Assembly (NCBI GenBank): GCA_965140445.1
Contig: OZ223236.1
Location: 3,264,001-3,328,000, forward strand
DNA: 64,000 bases
Origin: Candidatus Ozemobacteraceae bacterium
GTDB taxonomy: Bacteria; Muiribacteriota; Ozemobacteria; Ozemobacterales; Ozemobacteraceae
Reading direction: 5' to 3'
Position numbers and translations under genes: made by a program. The notes beneath the pieces are model-generated. The model saw nothing but the letters and a program-made list of their open reading frames with translations. It was not told where the DNA came from and ran no database searches. This document shows, in pieces, positions 40,614-50,105 of the stretch. Within the stretch, counting starts at the first letter, position 1, and every line of letters starts with the position of its first letter.

Positions 40614-41875
40614 GAAAAATACTCCTACTATTATTGCTAATATTAAGTCTATCTTCAATTGTATTAGCTGAAGAAGAGGCAAGGTTTCCCCGTCCTGAAT
40701 TCAGCTCTGGTTATAATACGCCTGTTGAGAAAGAGCCAGCAATGCCCTGGCAAAGATCCACGGATATTGCTGCTGTTTTACTAGCCCTTTCTTTAGCATA
40801 TGCAGCCCATTCCTTACACTACAAACGTAGCCGTAAAAGATTAGTCATTGGTGGTCTTCTTTGTCTGGTCTGGTTTGGATTTATATATCAAGGATGCGTA
40901 TGTCCTGTGGGATCGATTCAAAATGTCGCTTTAAGCACATTTTCATCTAACTATTTTTTGCCGGTTTCGATCGTTTTTATTTTTCTTTTACCTTTGATTT
41001 TTGCCTTATTCTTCGGAAGGGTATTTTGCGGTTCTGTCTGCCCTTTTGGAGTTTTGCAGGATCTTTTAATTTTTAAGCCAATCAAGATTCCACCTATACT
41101 TGACCGTATTTTTAGACTAATTCCATTTGCAATTCTTGGAATCACTATCTGGTTTGCGATCAGCGGTCTTGGGTTTTTAACCTGCAAGTATGATCCTTTT
41201 GTAGCACTTTTCCGGTTTAGTGGTCCCAAAGAATTGATTTTTAAGGGGTTCGCTTTTCTTCTACTGGGTATTTTTGTGGCAAGGCCATATTGCCGTTATA
41301 TTTGTCCGTATTCTGTTCTACTTTCGATTGCAGCATTATTTAGCTGGAAAAAGGTTCAAATATACTCTGATAACTGCGTTAAATGTAACCTTTGTCTTCC
41401 CGCATGCCCTGTTGATGCCATCGACGCTGGAAAAGACCAATCTTCGCCAAACCAGTTTCAAGAAGAAAGGAAAACAGCTATAAGCAGATTAAAGTGGCTT
41501 GTCGCCCTAAGTCCCTTTATTATTTCTATGGGGATTTTTTCAGGAATTCAACTTGGTAAAAAAGTGGCCCCAACTCATGATTTGCTCAGACTTCAAGCAA
41601 ACGTTCAGAACAATAATTCCCAGGAAGATGATTATATAGCTTTTTATGTAAACGATGGAAACACTGATTCCCTTAATCAAAGAGCATCTGAAAAGGCTAA
41701 TGCCATAGTAAAATATGGTGGCGTTTTCGGAGGTTATATGAGCATAGTTTTTATCGGAGCCATTTTTATGGCAACCCGACGAAGAACCAATACTTATCAC
41801 GAGGTGCAAACATGGAATTGCGTCAGCTGTGGCCGCTGTTACTCATGGTGCCCAAGAAACAGGAATAAGAAATAA
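40610..41875 (+). CDS. Polytopic membrane 4Fe-4S protein (NapH/MauN/NosR C-terminal-like)
   Basis: Multiple TMs; CVCPVG, FCGSVCPFG, YCRYICPY, CVKCNLCLPACP, CVSCGRCYSWCP. Confidence 0.85.
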   Translation: MRKILLLLLLILSLSSIVLAEEEARFPRPEFSSGYNTPVEKEPAMPWQRSTDIAAVLLALSLAYAAHSLHYKRSRKRLVIGGLLCLVWFGFIYQGCVCPVGSIQNVALSTFSSNYFLPVSIVFIFLLPLIFALFFGRVFCGSVCPFGVLQDLLIFKPIKIPPILDRIFRLIPFAILGITIWFAISGLGFLTCKYDPFVALFRFSGPKELIFKGFAFLLLGIFVARPYCRYICPYSVLLSIAALFSWKKVQIYSDNCVKCNLCLPACPVDAIDAGKDQSSPNQFQEERKTAISRLKWLVALSPFIISMGIFSGIQLGKKVAPTHDLLRLQANVQNNNSQEDDYIAFYVNDGNTDSLNQRASEKANAIVKYGGVFGGYMSIVFIGAIFMATRRRTNTYHEVQTWNCVSCGRCYSWCPRNRNKK

Positions 41876-41876
41876 C

Positions 41877-43541
41877 ATGACAAATAACAGAAAAAAGCTA
41901 TATGAATGCCTTGTGGTAGCTACCTGCATAAATATTTTTCTTGTAGGATTGCTGGCAATTTTTCTTTTCCTGAAAACATCTGAGGCTGAGGCCGTCAATC
42001 CATTAGAGTTAAAGTCTCTGGAAGCTCTAAAAACACAAGCCCAATCAGATTTAAAAAATGAAGAACTCAAAAACAAAATCCGAACTTTTGATCATATCGC
42101 TCGAAAAGAGTGGCTAGTAAATCAAACCATTAAGACCCGTCTAAAAAATTATCTGGCAATTGCGACTCTATGTTTAATTCTTCTACTTGCATTACTAACT
42201 GCTGTTAAACCAAGGGTCCCAGGGGCTAAAGAACTCGAACCACAGAAATCAAATCCGGGTAGCGAAACTTTTGTTCTGGTATTTATTGCTCTTTTATGTG
42301 CAATTACTGTAAATGCCGGACTATTTTTATCTTATAAACCAGACTCCGCAAACCCGGTAAAAGAGAATTTCTTCATGACCCACTCAGAACTGAATAAATT
42401 TTGGCCCGGGTTCAGGGGAATATTTAATACCGGTATATCAAAAGAACATAAGCCTGTTTCCGGCTGGGGAAAAAATGTAGCAACCGCAGCTCTAAATATA
42501 GCTCAAGTCCCTTTGCCCGGCTACAGTTCGCCGATTTACATTAAAGACAAAATATTTGTAACAGGAGCGGATGAAAAAATCAGGGCTTTATACTGTTTAA
42601 ATGCTTTGGATGGAAAGCTTTTGTGGACTCATGTTGCTGATAAAATTGTCGGATCACCCGCTAAGCCGCCCAAAGTCACAGAGGACACCGGATTCGCGGC
42701 TTCCACTCCTGTAACAAACGGAAAAGGAGTTTTTGCTATTTTTGCCACCGGCGATCTGGTGGCAACAGATTTTGAAGGAAAGCGTCTGTGGGCAAAAAAT
42801 GTGGGCGTTCCAGACAATATCTATGGCTATTGCAGCTCCCTTTTAGCTTATGAATCAAAAATTATTGTTCAATATGATAATGATGACAAGCAGGTTATCT
42901 ACTGTTTCAATGCAGCTGATGGCAAGGAAATCTGGCAACAAAAACGAAAGGCCCCAGTTTCATGGTCGTCACCGAGCATCTGCCAATTAAAGGATAAAAA
43001 TCTTGTAATTACCATAAACTGTAGAGATGTCGAGGGTTTCGACCTTGAATCAGGGCAAAAATTGTGGACTCAAAAAATCATGGGGGGAGAAGTCGCACCT
43101 TCTGCTACCAGTGACGAAGGCATAGTTTATGTAGCAAACCAATACGTTGTAGCTGCTGCTGTCGATGGGGCAACAGGGAAACTTTTATGGAAAAACTCCA
43201 GCGCCGTGCTTCCAGATGTATGCTCACCAGTTGTTTTTAAAAACATGCTTTATCTTTTTACAAGTGACAGTACCATTAGCTGTCTGGATACTAAGACTGG
43301 CAAGGTTCTATGGGAAGAAGAAGTAAAAAATGGCTTCTACAGCAGCCCGCTCGTTCTTACCGATCGAATCATTGCCTTTGATTTAAAAGGCAATATGCTA
43401 AGTATTAAACCCGATCCTGATAAGTTAATTGTCGAATCCACCGACTCATTAGGGGTATCAGTTCTTTCTACACCTGCGATTGGATCTAATCAAATGTGGG
43501 TAAGAACTTCAAAAGGCATCTTTAAGATTGAGGGAGAATAA
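41877..43541 (+). CDS. Membrane-anchored (3 TM) PQQ-like beta-propeller protein
   Basis: Start placed at ATG 41877; three hydrophobic segments, WPGFRG, GYSSP, repeated GKLLW/GKEIW/GKVLW blades. Confidence 0.85.
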   Translation: MTNNRKKLYECLVVATCINIFLVGLLAIFLFLKTSEAEAVNPLELKSLEALKTQAQSDLKNEELKNKIRTFDHIARKEWLVNQTIKTRLKNYLAIATLCLILLLALLTAVKPRVPGAKELEPQKSNPGSETFVLVFIALLCAITVNAGLFLSYKPDSANPVKENFFMTHSELNKFWPGFRGIFNTGISKEHKPVSGWGKNVATAALNIAQVPLPGYSSPIYIKDKIFVTGADEKIRALYCLNALDGKLLWTHVADKIVGSPAKPPKVTEDTGFAASTPVTNGKGVFAIFATGDLVATDFEGKRLWAKNVGVPDNIYGYCSSLLAYESKIIVQYDNDDKQVIYCFNAADGKEIWQQKRKAPVSWSSPSICQLKDKNLVITINCRDVEGFDLESGQKLWTQKIMGGEVAPSATSDEGIVYVANQYVVAAAVDGATGKLLWKNSSAVLPDVCSPVVFKNMLYLFTSDSTISCLDTKTGKVLWEEEVKNGFYSSPLVLTDRIIAFDLKGNMLSIKPDPDKLIVESTDSLGVSVLSTPAIGSNQMWVRTSKGIFKIEGE

Positions 43542-45858
43542 TTTGCAGGAACAGGAATTAAATTTTTTACAATCCCTTGTTCAGGCAAGGGGAAGAGAGC
43601 AACGTGACCTGGTAGCCATACTTCTGGGCATTCAAGACGAATATGGCTATTTGCCAATGCCTCTTTTAGAAGAAATTCCAGCCCTTACAAGCATTTCTGC
43701 CGGAGCAATAAAAAGTGTAATCAGCTTCTATTCACACTTCAGATTGAAACCTGCCGGAAAACATCAAATAAACGTCTGTGTCGGCACAGCCTGCTATGTA
43801 AAAGGCGCAGAACAAACTTATAATGCCTTTCTAAAAACTCTCGATGTCCCGGAAGGGGAAGATACAGACCCGGAATTAAATTATACTGTTTCAAAGGTTG
43901 CGTGCCTTGGTTGCTGTATGCTTGCTCCCGCGGTTCAGGTTGGGGAGCAAATCTTTGGCTGGGTTGATCCTCCCGAAGTTGAACGGGTTTTAAATGATTT
44001 TGCCAGAGAATATGCAGCAGGCAATAAGCTGGCTCTTCCAGAGAAATTAGTCAGCTCCGAAGGGGAGGTAAAAATCTGTTTATGCTCAAGTTGTGCAGCC
44101 GCTGGTTCAAGAAAAATCTATAATGAATTGATAAAATGGTCCCAGGAAATTGGTTTTCCATTAAAAACCACCCTTTCTGGTTGCACGGGTGTTTCCTTTG
44201 CGGCACCATTAATAAAGCTCACTGACCAAAAAGGCCAGATTTTTTATTATGGAAATTTGAGTTCTGATAGCCTTCAAACAGTATTGTTCAAACATTTTCC
44301 GAAAAACAGTTTTGCCCATGTTTTAGATAACTTTCTTTACTGGGGACAAAATCCTCTTGAGAATAAGCTTTTAAAAAAAGAGGAAAGTGAAAATGAAATC
44401 TGGTTATCCACCAATAATCGTATAGTAATGGAAAATTGCCCTGAAAACAGCCCTTGCGACCTTCAGCTTTATAAAGATTCCGGTGGTTTTATCGGGCTTA
44501 AAAATGCCAAAAATTCAACTTCGCAGGAGATAATTCAAACCGTTAAAATTTCTGGCTTAAGAGGAAGGGGAGGAGCTGGTTTTAAAACAGGTCTGAAAAT
44601 GGAAAAGGCTGCAAATGCTAATTCTGAAAAAAAATATGTAATTTGTAACGCTGATGAAGGTGATCCAGGCGCATTTATGGATCGAATGCTTCTTGAATCG
44701 GTTCCATTTAGAGTAATTGAGGGTATGACGATTGCGGCCAATGCCATAGGTGCAAATGAAGGTTACATTTTTGTTCGCAGAGAATATCCATTAGCTATCG
44801 AACGAATAAAAGAAGCAATCAAATTATGTCAGGAAGATAAGATTTTAGAAGCCAATCCTTTAAAAGAAGGCTTTTGTCTCAAAATCGTTGAAGGTGCTGG
44901 AGCTTTTGTTTGCGGGGAAGAGACTGCGCTTATAGCAGCAATCGAGGGTAAACGTGGTATTCCTCGTCCTCGTCCACCATTTCCAACAGACCAGGGACTA
45001 TTCGGCTATCCCAGTTTAATCAACAACGTAGAAACCTTTGCCTGTATTCCATGGATCTTTAAAAACGGACCAGAAAAATTTAAACAAATTGGCACTGAAA
45101 GCAGCCCTGGTACCAAAACCTTTGCTCTTGCCGGAAAAGTTAAAAGAGGTGGCTTGATTGAAGTCCCTATGGGAATAACTATCAGACAGGTCATTGAGGA
45201 TTTCGGAGGCGGAGTTTCTGGAAATGCAGAGCTAAAGGCTGTGCAAATTGGCGGTCCATCAGGTGGTTGCATTCCTGAAAGTATTTTTGACCTGCCCATA
45301 GACTATGAAGCTTTATCAGAATCTGGTGCAATAATGGGTTCAGGGGGACTGGTTGTTCTGGATGAACACGACTGCATGGTCGATATTGCCCGCTATTTTC
45401 TTGAGTTTACAGCAAAAGAATCCTGCGGAGATTGCTCTTTTTGCCGCATAGGAACAAAAAAGGCTTTGGAAATCCTGGAAAATCTTTGTAATGGAAGTGC
45501 CGTAAAGGGTGATTTAGAAAGCCTTGAAGAACTATCTAGCCTTATTAAATCCGGAAGCAAATGTGGGTTAGGAAAAACTGCGCCAAATCCTATTTTAACC
45601 ACCTTAAAATATTTTCGAGATGAGTATGAAAGCCACTTGAATAAGTTTTGCCCAGCTGGGAAATGCCCTGAATTATTCAGTTTCAAGGTAAATGAAGATT
45701 GCACAGGGTGCATGCTTTGTTCCAAGGCATGTCCAGTGGATGCCATTCCATTTAATCCATGGAATGATGCAGAAATAGATAACGAAAAATGTGTAAGATG
45801 CGGAACTTGTCGTTCTATATGCCCAGATAAAGCTATAGAGGTGGAAAAACGAAAATGA
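43528..45858 (+). CDS. Fused NuoE-NuoF / HydC-HydB-like NAD(H)-binding flavo-Fe-S protein
   Basis: NuoE-like CVGTAC...CLGCCMLAP; thioredoxin-like 2Fe-2S segment CLCSSC...[47 protein letters not shown]...CGLG; C-terminal 2x[4Fe-4S]. Confidence 0.9.
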   Translation: MRENNLQEQELNFLQSLVQARGREQRDLVAILLGIQDEYGYLPMPLLEEIPALTSISAGAIKSVISFYSHFRLKPAGKHQINVCVGTACYVKGAEQTYNAFLKTLDVPEGEDTDPELNYTVSKVACLGCCMLAPAVQVGEQIFGWVDPPEVERVLNDFAREYAAGNKLALPEKLVSSEGEVKICLCSSCAAAGSRKIYNELIKWSQEIGFPLKTTLSGCTGVSFAAPLIKLTDQKGQIFYYGNLSSDSLQTVLFKHFPKNSFAHVLDNFLYWGQNPLENKLLKKEESENEIWLSTNNRIVMENCPENSPCDLQLYKDSGGFIGLKNAKNSTSQEIIQTVKISGLRGRGGAGFKTGLKMEKAANANSEKKYVICNADEGDPGAFMDRMLLESVPFRVIEGMTIAANAIGANEGYIFVRREYPLAIERIKEAIKLCQEDKILEANPLKEGFCLKIVEGAGAFVCGEETALIAAIEGKRGIPRPRPPFPTDQGLFGYPSLINNVETFACIPWIFKNGPEKFKQIGTESSPGTKTFALAGKVKRGGLIEVPMGITIRQVIEDFGGGVSGNAELKAVQIGGPSGGCIPESIFDLPIDYEALSESGAIMGSGGLVVLDEHDCMVDIARYFLEFTAKESCGDCSFCRIGTKKALEILENLCNGSAVKGDLESLEELSSLIKSGSKCGLGKTAPNPILTTLKYFRDEYESHLNKFCPAGKCPELFSFKVNEDCTGCMLCSKACPVDAIPFNPWNDAEIDNEKCVRCGTCRSICPDKAIEVEKRK

Positions 45859-46835
45859 GTCAGTTTTATTTAGATAACCAGGCTATCAAATTTAAATCTG
45901 GGGAAACCATCTTGCAAGCGGCGCAAAATGCTGGAATTCAAATTCCTGTTTTGTGTCATAAAAAAGAAACAGCTTCCTGTGGCAACTGCATGGTTTGTGC
46001 TGTTAAGGAGTTAGAAAGTAAAAAGTTTATTGCATCTTGCTCAACACTTGCTGTCAATGAACAAAGGTATGAAAACAACACTGAAGAAATCGCCATTTTT
46101 CGCAAGTCAGCAGTTGAGCTCCTACTTGCCGAGCATATTGGTGACTGTGTAGCGCCATGTAAATTGGTATGTCCTCAGAAACTTAATATTCCGCAGCTTA
46201 TGAAAAAGCTTTCAAATAAAGAAAACATAACTGATTTCAGATTTAATCCAGAAATTTGCGATGAATGTGGTGGACGCTGTGAAAAGGCATGTCGAAGAGG
46301 ATTCTTTGACCGGGCAATTTCAATCCGTGAACTTTTAAAAGACTTTGGCGAAGCTGACAAATCGATAACCAGAAAAGAAAAAAATTCCAGACCTGAATAT
46401 TTTCATTTCCTTGGAAAATGTGATCAGAAAAGCCTTAAAAAGATCTATGGAATCAAGATTGCCCATGAAAAACTTGATGCTGACAGATGCCTTCAATGTA
46501 GTTGTAATGCAGAAAGTGATTGTGAGCTTCGAAATATGGCATCTTTAATGAAAGCCAGACAAGCCAGATTCAAATTGTCTGACCCCTTATTTCTGGAACC
46601 TGTTGTTACCCCAACCATAGTTTATTATCCAGGAAAATGCATTCGTTGTAATCGCTGTATAAGGCTTGGAGAGCAACTTAAATCAATAAAACATACCGAT
46701 GGTCCGGTTATGACAGGAAGAGGTTTGAACTCAAGAGTAGACTCACCTGTTGGACTCACTTTTGATCAAGCTTTTGCCCCTGATGAAGACAAATTTATTG
46801 CAATTTGCCCAACTGGTGCTCTTGCTAGACCATAA
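45855..46835 (+). CDS. NuoG/HydA N-terminal-like Fe-S protein lacking a catalytic domain
   Basis: IPVLCH...CGNCMVC...SC (2Fe-2S); [14 protein letters not shown] and CEKACRR (GltD-like); RCLQC; CIRCNRC...CPTGAL. Only 326 aa. Confidence 0.8.
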   Translation: MSQFYLDNQAIKFKSGETILQAAQNAGIQIPVLCHKKETASCGNCMVCAVKELESKKFIASCSTLAVNEQRYENNTEEIAIFRKSAVELLLAEHIGDCVAPCKLVCPQKLNIPQLMKKLSNKENITDFRFNPEICDECGGRCEKACRRGFFDRAISIRELLKDFGEADKSITRKEKNSRPEYFHFLGKCDQKSLKKIYGIKIAHEKLDADRCLQCSCNAESDCELRNMASLMKARQARFKLSDPLFLEPVVTPTIVYYPGKCIRCNRCIRLGEQLKSIKHTDGPVMTGRGLNSRVDSPVGLTFDQAFAPDEDKFIAICPTGALARP

Positions 46836-46913
46836 ATTTAGATTCTGAGCTTTAAGAAAGCCCAAACCTGATGTAAAGTAATCCTATATTAAATAGTTGT
46901 AAGGAGATTTCCC

Positions 46914-48188
46914 ATGAAAAACGGATTTGTAAGCAAATTTAATTTTGTTTTGATTTGTACCATTTTTCTGATTTCCAGTTTTCCTGCTTTTTCTACGGAT
47001 ATAACCCAATGGCGTTTTAATCGTGATGGAATTTTCCCAGAAACAAGCCTTTTGGGAAAGTGGCCAGACGCTGGTCCAACCATGCTTTGGGTAAATGAAA
47101 AAATTGGTGATGGCTATTCCAGTCCTATAATTGTCGATGGAAAAATTTTTGTGACAGGCGTAATCAATGAAAAAGAATTCTTAGTATGTTTAGATTTAAG
47201 CGGTAAAGAACAATGGAAAACTGAATATTCACAAGCCTGGACGAATTCATATCCAGAAGCTAGAACTACTCCGACTTACGTTGACGGGAAAATCTATGTC
47301 ATTAGTGGAAACGGTGTAGCAGCATCAATAGATGCCAAAACAGGAAAGCTTCTTTGGGCTGAAAACGTTTATGAAAAGTATCAGGGTGATTTTGGCCGAT
47401 GGGGAGCAGCGGAATCTCCATTGGTAGTTGATGGCAAAGTGATCGTTACTCCTACAGGCGAAACTACAACTATGGTTGCCCTAAATGTTAAAGACGGGGC
47501 ACTGATTTGGAAAACTCCTTCCTTGAATGAAAAAGGAGCCTACGTTTCTCCCCTTTTAATAAACTATAACGGCATCAAACAAATCGTTGGCGTTGGGAGT
47601 AAATACATTTTTGGGGTTAATCCTGAAAATGGCGATATTCAATGGAAATTTGACTATCTGGGAACTTTCTTTGAAAATGAAGGCAATCCACAGCGCTGGG
47701 TAATCAATTGCAATACACCAACTTATCATGATGGGCAAATCTTTGTTACCAGCGGGTATGATCATGCTGGCGTAATGCTTAAATTGAATGAAAAGTGCAC
47801 TGAAGCCAAACTGTTATGGAAAACAGATGTTCTTGATGTCCACCACGGGCATGTGGTTTTAGTCGATGGATATTTATATGGATCAAATTGGCTGAATAAC
47901 AGCACTGGAAACTGGACCTGTATTTCCTGGAAAGATGGGAAAAAAATGTGGGAACAGAAATGGAATGGCAAAGGAAGCATAATCTACGCTGAAGGTATGC
48001 TGTATATATACGATGAAAAGCGTGGGGAAGTTGGCCTTTTAAAAGCTACTCCAAAAGAATTTAACCTGATTAGCTCGTTTCCGGTAAAACATGGTTCAAA
48101 AGCACATTGGGCGCACCCGATAATTCACAATGGTATTCTTTACATCAGACATGGTGAAGCTCTAATGGCTCACAATATCAAAAAGTAG
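46914..48188 (+). CDS. Secreted PQQ-like beta-propeller protein
   Basis: Signal peptide, QWR, GYSSP, TGKLLW blades, WAHP. Confidence 0.85.
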   Translation: MKNGFVSKFNFVLICTIFLISSFPAFSTDITQWRFNRDGIFPETSLLGKWPDAGPTMLWVNEKIGDGYSSPIIVDGKIFVTGVINEKEFLVCLDLSGKEQWKTEYSQAWTNSYPEARTTPTYVDGKIYVISGNGVAASIDAKTGKLLWAENVYEKYQGDFGRWGAAESPLVVDGKVIVTPTGETTTMVALNVKDGALIWKTPSLNEKGAYVSPLLINYNGIKQIVGVGSKYIFGVNPENGDIQWKFDYLGTFFENEGNPQRWVINCNTPTYHDGQIFVTSGYDHAGVMLKLNEKCTEAKLLWKTDVLDVHHGHVVLVDGYLYGSNWLNNSTGNWTCISWKDGKKMWEQKWNGKGSIIYAEGMLYIYDEKRGEVGLLKATPKEFNLISSFPVKHGSKAHWAHPIIHNGILYIRHGEALMAHNIKK

Positions 48189-48197
48189 GGATTTAAA

Positions 48198-49418
48198 GTG
48201 CAAAAAGCAGTCTTTTTGTCAGGACTGATTTTTCTAATTGCGGTAATTCACTTTTATTATTTGCCAACTGATATAGCACCCGAAATAGGGAATTCATCAG
48301 GTTTAGATAAAAGTGAAAGCCAGGCTGTTCAAAAAGCTTTTGTTCCATCTGGAAGCTGGCCCCAATATCGAAAATATGAAAACCTTCCGGGATCAGTAGA
48401 AAAGATTCCTGAGCAAGCACCTGAATTAATCTGGAGATATAATACTGGTTTCCCTCTGAAATCAGGACCTCTGGTTAATTCAGGGAAAGCCTTTGTTGTA
48501 GCAAAAAAAGGTTTGATTGTAGCTGTTGATCTAATTGCGGGTAAAAAACTCTGGCAGCATTGTTATTGTGAACCAGTAACAGCAAGTGGATTGTTGCTTG
48601 AAAATGCCTCATCAACAATTCATTTTATCGGGACACAAAAGGGTAATCTGTATGCCACAGATGCGGCTAACGGAAATCCTCTTTTTAGCTTCAAAACTCA
48701 GGATAAAATTAATGGCGCCCCCGCTGTTTTCAAATCTGAGCAGAGCAATAGCCAAATGGTTGTTTTTGGTTCTTATGACTGTTTCATTTATAGTATTGAC
48801 CCGATTACCGGGAAAATGAACTGGAAGCTTGAAACAGATAACTACCAAAATGGAACTCCTTCCAGAATTGGAAAGAATTTGTTTATTGGCGGTTGCGACG
48901 GTTTTCTTAGAGCAATAAATCCAGAGACTGGAAGTCAAACATTCAGCATCAGCCTTGGTGGTTATATTCCTTCTTCGCCTGCTTGTTTAGATGAAATGGT
49001 TTATGTTGCTCTTCATGAGGGTGAAATTGTGGCACTTGATTCATCCAAAAAAGAGATAAAATGGAGATTAAAACCTGATGAAGAATCTGAATTCCTAATT
49101 TCCCCTTTGGTAAATGATGAGTTTGTAATAATTGCGAGCAGAAAAGGGAAAATAAAGATACTTGACCGTGAAACTGGTCTGCTTCAAAGATCAATTAATC
49201 ACCCTTCAGAAATTATTTCCGAACCAGTTATTGATAAAAAGTCTATTTTCCTGGCCGATTCAGATGGCAACCTGGTTGCCTACGATTTAACTACCGGAAA
49301 AAAGATATGGCAGAAACTTCATGGTGCATCAGTCGAAGCACCAGTTGCATTAATTGACAATGCTCTTCTTGTAGCAGATATGGAAGGCACTTTAAGCCTT
49401 TATGGCTGGAAAAACTAG
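48198..49418 (+). CDS. PQQ-like (BamB-type) beta-propeller protein
   Basis: N-terminal TM/signal, SWPQYR, FGSYDC.IY, GGCDG.LRA, TGKKIW blades. Confidence 0.85.
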   Translation: MQKAVFLSGLIFLIAVIHFYYLPTDIAPEIGNSSGLDKSESQAVQKAFVPSGSWPQYRKYENLPGSVEKIPEQAPELIWRYNTGFPLKSGPLVNSGKAFVVAKKGLIVAVDLIAGKKLWQHCYCEPVTASGLLLENASSTIHFIGTQKGNLYATDAANGNPLFSFKTQDKINGAPAVFKSEQSNSQMVVFGSYDCFIYSIDPITGKMNWKLETDNYQNGTPSRIGKNLFIGGCDGFLRAINPETGSQTFSISLGGYIPSSPACLDEMVYVALHEGEIVALDSSKKEIKWRLKPDEESEFLISPLVNDEFVIIASRKGKIKILDRETGLLQRSINHPSEIISEPVIDKKSIFLADSDGNLVAYDLTTGKKIWQKLHGASVEAPVALIDNALLVADMEGTLSLYGWKN

Positions 49419-49433
49419 ATTAACGGAACATGT

Positions 49434-50105
49434 ATGAATAACGGTTTTATTAAAATTCAAAACTTAACCAAGTCCTACAATCTGGAATCTGTGGAATGCA
49501 AGGTTCTCAAGGGTGTCGAATTAGAAGTAGAAAATCAAAAATCTGTGGCTATAACGGGACCGTCTGGCAGTGGAAAATCAACTCTTCTAAATTTGATTTG
49601 TGGTTTGCTGAAACCTGATTCAGGACAGATTTTTTTGAATGATACCGATATCAGTTCTTTGCAAAATGATGAGCTTCCAAAGTTCAGAGCAAAGAATATA
49701 GGCATCATTTTTCAGCATCATTTTCTTATGGATCACTGCACCGCATTAGAAAATGTTCTTTTACCTGCATTGGCTATAGAAGATCATTCTAAAGAAACCA
49801 TAGACCGGGCTGTAGAGCTATTGAATAAAATCGGGTTGTCAGAGCGCCAGGATCATTTCCCCGGGCAGCTTTCCGGGGGCGAAAGGTTGCGAGTTGCTAT
49901 TGCAAGAGCTTTGATAAACAAGCCCAAAATTATTCTTGCCGATGAACCTACAGGATCTGTAGAACCTGAACTGGGTCAGGAAATAATGGAGCTTCTGGTT
50001 TCTCAACGCGATTGTTCACTGATTACGGTCACCCACGCCGAGTATGTAGCCAACTTTATGGACCGGCGTTTTAAACTTGTTAACGGAAAGCTTGTTAGTA
50101 ACTAA
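49434..50105 (+). CDS. ABC transporter ATP-binding protein (LolD/MacB-type)
   Basis: GPSGSGKST, LSGGE, ILADEPTG, VTH. Confidence 0.93.
   Translation: MNNGFIKIQNLTKSYNLESVECKVLKGVELEVENQKSVAITGPSGSGKSTLLNLICGLLKPDSGQIFLNDTDISSLQNDELPKFRAKNIGIIFQHHFLMDHCTALENVLLPALAIEDHSKETIDRAVELLNKIGLSERQDHFPGQLSGGERLRVAIARALINKPKIILADEPTGSVEPELGQEIMELLVSQRDCSLITVTHAEYVANFMDRRFKLVNGKLVSN

Noticed and set aside
43528..46835. Respiratory complex I (nuoEFG) or [FeFe]-hydrogenase
   Set aside because: No other nuo genes are adjacent and no H-cluster motifs occur in the 326-aa protein, so gene symbols were withheld.
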